The position numbers and the translations under genes were made by a program. A DNA stretch of 64,000 nt, from IMG/VR virus record IMGVR_UViG_3300001589_000007, positions 6,291-70,290 of that record; one strand, 5' to 3'. This document shows, piece by piece, positions 27,494 through 36,700 of this stretch. Source of the stretch: a virus. Below the pieces are notes generated by a model. That model saw nothing but the letters and a program-made list of their open reading frames with translations. It was not told the origin of the DNA and did not search any database. How positions within the stretch are numbered: position 1 is the first letter of the stretch; each line of letters starts with the position of its first letter.

Positions 27494-29311
27494 ATGAGTA
27501 AAAAACCAATTTGGATCGCGGCAATCGCAAGAGGACATAATGCAGGAGTTTGTTTACTTAAGGACGGAGAAGTAATATTTTCAGTTGAAGAGGAAAGACT
27601 ATCAAGACAAAAGTATGACGGTGGACCTTTTGCGAGCATGGTTAAAATACTAGACTACACTGATAAGATTGACTATCTTGTAGTTGCACATACACAACCT
27701 TTACAAGAAACAGCAGGTAAAGTAGATTATAGTGGTGATGATGTTTATACAGGACTAGCAAGAAAATTAGGATTAATTGATCAAAAAGCAAACAATACAT
27801 CTTTTGAACATCCTCAAGTAATTGACTTAGCATTTATGCATCATAAATTACATAGTGCATGTGCATTTTATAGAAGTGGATTTGATAGTGCAGTTAGTGT
27901 AATCGTTGACGGAGCCGGTACATTTGTTCCATTAGGAATTAATAGTGAACAAGTAATGAGTTGGGAAGTTGAAAGTATTATTGACTGCGACTATCCTGCA
28001 GAATTTAGTACTAAATTTAAGGTATATGGCACAAGGGAACCTATTCCAGGAGGCATGACTAAAATGCAATCGGATATGTTTGGCGAAACTGGAGAAAGTC
28101 ATGTAGCCATAGTTTCAGATAGAGCTGGTATTACTAAAGTGTACGAAGCAGTAACACAGTATTGTGGCTGGAGTGGAATTGAAGCAGGAAAAACTATGGG
28201 ACTATTTCCTTATGGTAAAGAAAATAGTAGTATACCTAAATTATTTGACGATCAATCTCTCTATCCTTTATCAAATAGAAACCTAATTGTTCCTAACTAT
28301 CCTAACGGTGCTATAGTAAATAGTGGCATATATGAATTTCTAAATGAAATAAATCAAATGGAAAACCAAGATAAGGATCTGTCTAAGCTAGATAGTAGAC
28401 GAGATATGGCATATGCTTGTCAAGTAGAAACTCAGGAACAAGTCGTAAAATTGATTAAACAAGCTGTTGAAGAAACAGGAAAGAAAAAAGTAGTTATTAG
28501 TGGAGGATATGGATTAAACTGTGTTGCTAACTATCATTACTTAGATGTACTTAAAGACGAAGGAATTGAAATCTATGTTGAACCAGTAAGCAACGATGCA
28601 GGCACAGCAATGGGTGCGGCAATGATGTTTTGGTACGGGTTGGAAGAAGATTCAAATGTAAAACAAACACAATCTTTATATCTAGGTCCTGATAATAACT
28701 ATACAATTGATGATATTATTAGTAAAACATCAGCAGTAGAAGGTATTTCTATTGAAGATGCTACTAACTATAATATTGTTGAACTATTAACACAGAAAAA
28801 TATTGTTACTATCTTTCAAGGTAAAAGTGAAAATGGACCACGTGCATTAGGTAATAGAAGTGTACTATTTGATCCAACATTTGAAGATGGAAAAGACTTT
28901 GTTAATGGAGTTAAACATCGAGAGTATTTTAGACCATTTGCTGGTAGCATATTACAAGAAGATGTACACGAATGGTTTGATTTGCGAGGAATGGATGATA
29001 GTCCATACATGATGTATGCAGTAAATTGTCAACCGGGTATTGCAGAAAAAATACCAAGTATTATTCATGTTGATGGTACATGTCGTATACAGACTGTTAC
29101 AAAGGAACAGAATTCACATTATTACGATCTAATTAAAACATTTAAAGATAAAACAGGTACTCCGATACTATTTAATACAAGTTTTAATTTAGGCGGAGAG
29201 CCGTTAGTTGAAACATTAGAAGATGCTATATGGACATTACAACAATCAAACATCGAGTACTTGTACTTGCCTGAATTTAAGAAACTTATAACGGTTGCCA
29301 ATAAAGAATGA
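27494..29311 (+). CDS. Carbamoyltransferase, NodU/CmcH/TobZ family
   Basis: EEERLSRQK, HHKLH, VDGAG, GGYGLNC, ENGPRALGNRS, RPFA, HVDGTCRIQTV, NTSFN. Confidence 0.92.
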   Translation: MSKKPIWIAAIARGHNAGVCLLKDGEVIFSVEEERLSRQKYDGGPFASMVKILDYTDKIDYLVVAHTQPLQETAGKVDYSGDDVYTGLARKLGLIDQKANNTSFEHPQVIDLAFMHHKLHSACAFYRSGFDSAVSVIVDGAGTFVPLGINSEQVMSWEVESIIDCDYPAEFSTKFKVYGTREPIPGGMTKMQSDMFGETGESHVAIVSDRAGITKVYEAVTQYCGWSGIEAGKTMGLFPYGKENSSIPKLFDDQSLYPLSNRNLIVPNYPNGAIVNSGIYEFLNEINQMENQDKDLSKLDSRRDMAYACQVETQEQVVKLIKQAVEETGKKKVVISGGYGLNCVANYHYLDVLKDEGIEIYVEPVSNDAGTAMGAAMMFWYGLEEDSNVKQTQSLYLGPDNNYTIDDIISKTSAVEGISIEDATNYNIVELLTQKNIVTIFQGKSENGPRALGNRSVLFDPTFEDGKDFVNGVKHREYFRPFAGSILQEDVHEWFDLRGMDDSPYMMYAVNCQPGIAEKIPSIIHVDGTCRIQTVTKEQNSHYYDLIKTFKDKTGTPILFNTSFNLGGEPLVETLEDAIWTLQQSNIEYLYLPEFKKLITVANKE

Positions 29312-29312
29312 C

Positions 29313-29320
29313 GATAAATA
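29313..29320 (+). promoter_or_regulatory. Late promoter GATAAATA
   Basis: Intergenic octamer upstream of 29345. Confidence 0.7.
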
Positions 29321-29344
29321 CATTGTAGACTGTAGGAAACTATA

Positions 29345-29734
29345 ATGGATTTAACCAAATTCCTCAAACGAGGACTTAGAAACACAATATTACTTAAAGG
29401 CGGAACCAACTTTTCATATGAAGGTATGTGGAAAGAAGTTCAGCAAGATTTAACAATTGACTCTTGGCATATGGGAGATTTTTCTTCTGCTGAATATACT
29501 CTTAACATCGAACTTGGTAGAGATGTTAAAGAAATAATAAAGATATTGTTAACAGCTTCCCCAAATGATGCGTCTGTTGTAGTATATGGTAGAGCCAGTA
29601 CTACCAGAGATTTAGTTAGTGTTACTGCTACAGTTGATAATTCTTTAGTACAGTTAATTCTTAATCCAAAAACGGCCGCTGATAAAGGAGCCAAGGCGTA
29701 TTTCTCTGCAACATATTTCCGTAGTCATACGTGA
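29345..29734 (+). CDS. Hypothetical virion protein
   Basis: 129 aa beta-rich ORF with late promoter and SD. Confidence 0.6.
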   Translation: MDLTKFLKRGLRNTILLKGGTNFSYEGMWKEVQQDLTIDSWHMGDFSSAEYTLNIELGRDVKEIIKILLTASPNDASVVVYGRASTTRDLVSVTATVDNSLVQLILNPKTAADKGAKAYFSATYFRSHT

Positions 29735-29744
29735 TACAAGAGTG

Positions 29745-29752
29745 GATAAATA
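29745..29752 (+). promoter_or_regulatory. Late promoter GATAAATA
   Basis: Octamer, GGAG SD and GTG 29773. Confidence 0.7.
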
Positions 29753-29772
29753 TATTATATTGGAGATGTTGA

Positions 29773-30735
29773 GTGGCTATAGAATACCGTCAGTTTGAAT
29801 CAGACTTTGGATTTAAAAGTCCAGGATTTACTGTGGATGACGCAGGCAATGTTGTTGTTACTTCTTTAAGTTATGTAGGGGGAAGTTCATCTAGTGCAAC
29901 TGGTGATTATACTGTCACTGAAACAAGTTCAAATTTTAGATTAGCAAGTGACGATTTTACTGTTGCCGCTACTAATAATCCTAGTATTGAAATTACTAGA
30001 GGAACATCATATTCTTTTACACTTACTAGTTTAAGTACCGTAACGTTTAATATATTAAACACAGACGGCTCTAGTCTATATAATACCGGCCTTGCACATA
30101 CTGCTACAGACAATACTATTACAAACGGATTAGCGGCGCAAGGTAAACAGTCAGGAAAAGTAGTATTTTCAGTTCCGGCTGATGCACCTGCTACATTATA
30201 CTATGGAGATGCAGACGGTTTTCCAAAAGGTACACTTACTGTTGTAGATCCAATTGTTACAGGAACAGGTAGTTTTAGCGACCTTGTTGTAACAGGTGCT
30301 TCTTCATTACAAACACTATCAATTAATTCAACTACTAATTCAACCGATGTTGGAGTAGGTGCATTAATTGTTCAAGGCGGTGCTAGTATTGCAAAAGATG
30401 TTTTTATAGGCGGTACATTAACTTCGTCAAGTTTTAAAGCAAACGGAGTTGGAGTTGCTGAATTTGAAGCAGGGACTAATATAGTATTAACTGCCGGTAA
30501 CAAAATAGAAATTGTTGTTGAAGATGTACAACGTGGAATAATTAGTGCTACTGGGTTAACTGTTCCAGTAGTCGATACTACAATTAATAATACCTCCATA
30601 GGAGCGACAACAGCTTCTACAGGAGCATTTACGTCAGCTACCGTTACTAAGGATGCAACTTTACAAACAGACATAAGTAATAAGAAGTACGTAGACTCAA
30701 CAGCAACAGCATTATCGATTGCACTAGGAATTTAG
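29773..30735 (+). CDS. Short fibre-like structural protein with degenerate cupredoxin-like domain
   Basis: NPSIEITRGTSYSF..VP.DAP.TLYY without Cys/His/Met ligands; GALIVQGGASI and NKKYVD fibre motifs. Confidence 0.65.
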   Translation: MAIEYRQFESDFGFKSPGFTVDDAGNVVVTSLSYVGGSSSSATGDYTVTETSSNFRLASDDFTVAATNNPSIEITRGTSYSFTLTSLSTVTFNILNTDGSSLYNTGLAHTATDNTITNGLAAQGKQSGKVVFSVPADAPATLYYGDADGFPKGTLTVVDPIVTGTGSFSDLVVTGASSLQTLSINSTTNSTDVGVGALIVQGGASIAKDVFIGGTLTSSSFKANGVGVAEFEAGTNIVLTAGNKIEIVVEDVQRGIISATGLTVPVVDTTINNTSIGATTASTGAFTSATVTKDATLQTDISNKKYVDSTATALSIALGI

Positions 30736-30738
30736 AAC

Positions 30739-33700
30739 GTGGCAAAAAAGAGAATTCATAATTATATATTTAAACCAGGAATAGGTTATACTGAAAATTT
30801 ATATCCTAATGCATATTCTTTATTAAACAGTAATAGAGCGTTCTTACTTGCAGAAAGTCTTGCATACATTGACCAAGAAATTATAGATGCTACTAAATGT
30901 CAAAGAGATATCGGATATATAATTGACGGTGTTGCATTTGATGTTGCACTACAAACAAATTTTAGTACACTATTCTTAGGAAGAGCTGAACGTTACTCTG
31001 TTGATAACTCTAATACAGTAATAAGAACAATTAATCGAACTAAAACAAGTGTAGCGGCACTTACTGATGTAGCGGCTGATGCTACATCGCTATCTAGATC
31101 TAATGCGGCATTTACTGAAATACTTGATATTATACAAAATAATTCACCTAATACATTAACATTAACTAATCCAACAGATGCTACTGCTAGTAGAATAGCC
31201 GCTAAAGATAAAATTATAGCAAACAAAGATTTTTTAAGAAATGAAATTATTGCATGGACTAATGTAACTTATCCTACATATGATGCAACTCAATCAAACG
31301 GTGTTTCATCTGGAGCCTGTGATGTAAAATATGCTATTGAAGCGGCCGCCTATGACATATTATATGGCGGAAACAGCGGAAGTTATGACGTAGCAAAACT
31401 ATTCCCTAACTCAGCGGCATCTACGGTGAGCTTATCTGGTACACATCAAACACATGTTGTAGCGGGATACGGAAGATTAAAAACGATCATAGCCCAAGTA
31501 GTATTAGGAACTACAGTTTCAGTAACTGCTGGAAATAGTACAGTCCAAGTTACATCAGGAACAAATGCAGATTCTTCAGACGGAACAGTAGTTACAAGTT
31601 TAATTGATATCTTTAACGATGTACTACAAACAGGTGCATCTACTTTAGCTGGGTTAACTAGAACAGTGCCAGCTATTACATGGGCGTCCACAGGAATACA
31701 AACAGCAAAAGCGGCAATTGATACTAACAAAGCAACAATAGTTGCGGCTGTTACTTTTCCAACTACATATTCATATAACCAAACAAAATGTCAAAGAGAT
31801 TTAGGATATATGCTAGACGCATATAAGTACGATCTTCGCTATGGTGGAAATAGTAAAACATACAAGTATGCTAAAAAGTATTGGGACGGTGATGTTGCAC
31901 AAATTGACGGTAACAGGGTTCCAGAGATTGATACCCATGCACACATTGCTGATTTAATAAACAATTATATTTTTCCACAAGTTACATGGACTAAATTAGG
32001 ATCAGTAGATCAAGTTACTGATGCAACTATAGCATACGAAGGATCAGCAACAACTACACGTATTACAGAATTATCTAATTTACTTATTGATACTATAACA
32101 ACAGGATTAAGTGCGTTACCTACTTTCGTAGACACAGGGGCAGGATATATTAAATTTATTGGAAACTATAATAGTTCCGATATACTTTTAATAACAAACA
32201 CATCAGATAACGAAGTTATATACAGCTTTAATGAACCTCTTAAAGGTGGGCTTACCGAAATAAGCCAAGGAACTGTAGGCGATCCAATTGGACAACAGTT
32301 TTATGCTGATCCTGACTTTGCAAAATATTTACAAGTAACAGATGCAGTTACTACTATTCAATTAAACTTTAATACCGCTTCAGGTTTATCAACAGACGAA
32401 CTACAAATATTTGTTGACACTGACGAACTTGTTGTAAGACCATACGAGTTTGGAACAGATGCTATTGAACGTATGCGAGTTGCACCGCCATTAAGTATGC
32501 TTGATGCTGACTTTGAATACGGACTACAACCTACTAAATGGTCGGCGATTGCTACCATGAGAGGGTATCCATCAGTATACGAAATACCTGGCACAGAAAC
32601 TGATGTAAGCCTAGTAAGGACTGATAGTTCAGCAGGTACCGGCGGTGTTGGTGCATCTTTAATTGTTGTTACTACTGTGGGTGCTCACGGTTTTGAAGAA
32701 GGCGATGCTATCACACTTAAAGGATTAAATCAAGGAGTAATAGGTACAGCAAGGGCTGAAGGTGCATTTATTATTACAGAAGTTCCTAGTCCGACTACAT
32801 TTACATATTATGCTAAAGCAAAGGTAGGTTCCGGCGGAACAATAGACATTCAAGTAGAATCTACACAATTAAGAAAAGCTGGCTTTTACACTGGAGCATC
32901 TATAGGTGAATCACCTGGTGTTGTAGTACAAAGTAACGGTAGTAGTGGTACAATATCACCAGCGTTAGTTGTTCCAACAGGCGAAGATATTATTCCATTT
33001 ACAGTAGTTACTGGTGCGGCACCAGAGATAGGTTCACCATTAACAGGAACAGGAATTCCAACAGGTGCTCAGGTAACTGGTAAGGTAGGTCCGGGAGGAG
33101 TTATAGTAACTCCAGTAATGACTGCTGATACAACCCAAGGATCAACATCAATCGAAGTTCAAAGTGTAACAGGAGTAGCAATAAATCAAGCCGCTGATCG
33201 AGGTGATGGACAAGCAATGATTGTTAATAGTGTTGCAGGCACTACTATTAATTTTAATGATGCATTAACAGCAGAATTTAAAGGTAACTTAGTAACCTAT
33301 ACTGATGTTAACGGTGTTAATGATACTTCAAACGGTAATGGATTGATATTAAACGTTAGCAGAGCTAGCGGAAGCTATACTGTTGATTCTATTGTAATAT
33401 CCGGAGAAAGTTATGAAGTAGGAGATCAGTTAGTTATTTTAGGTGATGTTGTAGGCGGTACATCACCAGCAAACGATATGAGTATTGTAGTTAATAGTAT
33501 TGATACAGCAGGAGAAGTATTATCTTTAACTGTAAGCGGAACGGCATTTGCTGGGAATGGAACTTTTAATTCTGTAACTGCTACATACTTACACAATAAT
33601 GGTGATGGTGGGATATGGAATGTTACATACGATGGCGGTGTATATTCAGGAACATTAGTTGAACCATCGTATTCTAACCAAACAGGTACTACATCAGGTG

Positions 33701-36700
33701 GAGCAGGTACAGGAGCAATATGGAATGTTACATCAACAAATAATACATACGGTATTACTATTGATCCAAATGAAGTTGGAGTGACAGGGTATTCTCAATA
33801 TGACTTAATCAAAATTCCTGGTAATACGCTAGGAGGTGCAACACCTGATAACGATGCACAAATAACTATTACTTCAATTAACTCTGTAGGATTTCCTACA
33901 AACTTTACTGTTGCAGGTAACGGTGCAAATGCACAAAATAACTATATAGGTGTTACATATTCAACTAATGGCTCCGGTGTTGGAGCAACTTTAAATATTA
34001 ATGCTGTGGGGTCAACATATACTGCGGCATTTTCAGTAACAGGATCAGGATTTTCTGTGGGGAATACTGTAACTGTGTTAGGTACACAGTTAGGTGGAAC
34101 AACACCAGCAAATGATTGTACAATTACTCTTGATACAGTTGATACAGGTGGTGAAATACTTACATTTACAGTAACAGGTACAGCATACAATGTTGCTACA
34201 TATAATAATGTTAGTAATGGTACAAATTTAATAGGTTCGGGTGCATCCTTTGACGTAGCTAAAAATGGTACATCATATACAGTATCACTAAATGCAAGCG
34301 GTGCTGATTATGCACCAAACCAAACTATTACATTACCAGGTATTAACTTTGGAGGTGCAACACCCAATAACGATCTTGTGTTAACAATTACTGATGTAGA
34401 TAATGATTCAACACTTACAGCAGGACCATTATTAACATTTAATGCAGTAGGTACAGCAACAAGAGGAACAAACGGGTATGTTGTAAATGACGTATTAAAA
34501 ATTAGTGGTGGTCAATTTACTAACGGACAAAACGTTACTAACGATATGATTATACTTGTTACTGGTGTAGGCGGAGCTGGTAATATTACTTCAAGTTCTT
34601 ATTCAGGAACAGCACCAAATGCTACAGCCACGTATAATGCTGTAGCCCCGAGTGGCGGTACTGGTTCAAGTTTAACTCTTGATGTTACACGAACCGGAGC
34701 AGTATACAGCCTAGTATTAAATGATGTAGGTAGTGGATATGTAGCGGCTGAAACATTAACAATAGTGGGTGCATCATTAGGTGGATCAACACCAGCAAAT
34801 AATGCTACAGTTACAATTGACGGAGTAGACGGATCAGGTGCTGTTACTTCAGCAAGTATTTCAGGTGCGGCAGCCAATGCTGGATCAGCAAATGGACTAG
34901 CATCTGAACAAAATCCAGGTTCAGGCGCAACATTTAACGTTGGATTAAGTGGTGGAAGTTATACTGTAACTATAGCTAGTGCTGGTAGCCAGTATGTTGC
35001 AAATCAAAAGTTTAAAGTACTAGGTGAAAACTTATCAGGTATAACTCCTACAAACGATGCAGAAGTAACAATTAGTAGTGTTGATGCTACTGGTGCAATT
35101 ACTGGTGCTAGTATTACAGGATCAGGGTCTACTGACGTAGCATCATTTGTAAATGTTGTTGTAAGTAATGCTTCGCTTACTGGTAACGGTGCTGACTTTA
35201 ATATCTTAAGAGATGGTACATCAGCTGATAGTAGTGTAGGTATATATACTGTTACAGGTAGTAATCAAGGTAGCGGATACGATGTAGGTAATAGAATAAT
35301 TATTGGAGGAGGATCTGTTGGCGGAACTCCTCAAACAAACGATATTACTATAAGTGTTGCAAGTATAGATAGTGCTGGTGCGATTGTAACATTTACATAT
35401 ATCGGTGATGCATTTGCTGGTACTGACTTACAATTATATTCAACAACTACAATAGATTCGGCAGTTACAGCGCCATTAAGCACAAGTCAAAATATAACTT
35501 TTGAGGCACTAGCAACATTAAGAATTACATTTACTACACCGCACGGACTTGTTCCAGGTGATACATTTATTACTACGGTATCAAGTGATAGTGGATCCAA
35601 TAATCATAACTTAGCGGCAGGATCGTTCTTAGCAATCGCAGTTCCAACAAAATTTACACTAGATTATACAGCTAGATCAGTTGGGGCTATTGTTACTTCA
35701 GGTACTGATATTATTAGTGCTATTGTTTATCCAAGACCTGATAGCTTCTTTATACATAGACCGTACGATGGAGGTGTACAACTAGGAACTGGTGGACCTC
35801 AACACGGAGCTCAAGCAATACGTCAAAGTAAAAAGTATATTAGATACCAATCAGGTAAAGGTATTATGTATACAACAGGTGCATTATTTGCTCCAAGTTA
35901 TGACCTAAGAGGTGCAACAGCTAATGGTGTAGAAACAGGCTCAACAATTACTGTCGTTACAGATGATAACGATCACGGATTACAAATTGGTGCAATTATT
36001 AAACTTATTGGTATTGATACTCCGGGATATAATGGCACATATACTGTTAATGACGTTACAGATGAGCGTACTTTTGAAGTTACTGCTGGTTTAAGATTAG
36101 GTGCTACAACTGCTACTTTAAGTTTTAATGCACAAGTTTCAACTAGTAAATGGCACGGTGCAACAGTGCGTTCAGGTATTTTTGATGATCAAAATGGAAT
36201 CTATTGGGAATACGATGGTACTAACTTATTAGTATGTCAAAGAACAAGTACTAAACAAGTTGCAGGTACTGCAACTATATCACCTGATACAAATGTACTA
36301 ACAGGTACAAATACTAGATTTCAAGATCAATTGAAAGCAGGAGACAGAATTGTTATTAGGGGAATGACACATGTTGTTGCTCATGTTAATAGCCAAACTG
36401 AAGTTAATGTTACACCGGATTATAGAGGTGTTAATACTGCGGTAGGTTGTAAGGTATGTTTGGTAAGTGATAAAAAAGTTAGACAGTCTGACTTTAATCT
36501 AGATAGATTTGACGGAACTGGGCCAAGTGGTTACAACATTGATGTAGCAAAGATGCAGATGATCGGTATTGAATACAGTTGGTATGGTGCTGGTTTTATT
36601 GAATTTATGGTACGTGGTGCTGACGGTAATTTTATCTATGCACACAGAATGCGTAATTCAAACATCAATACAGAAGCATTTATGCGTACAGGTAACTTGC

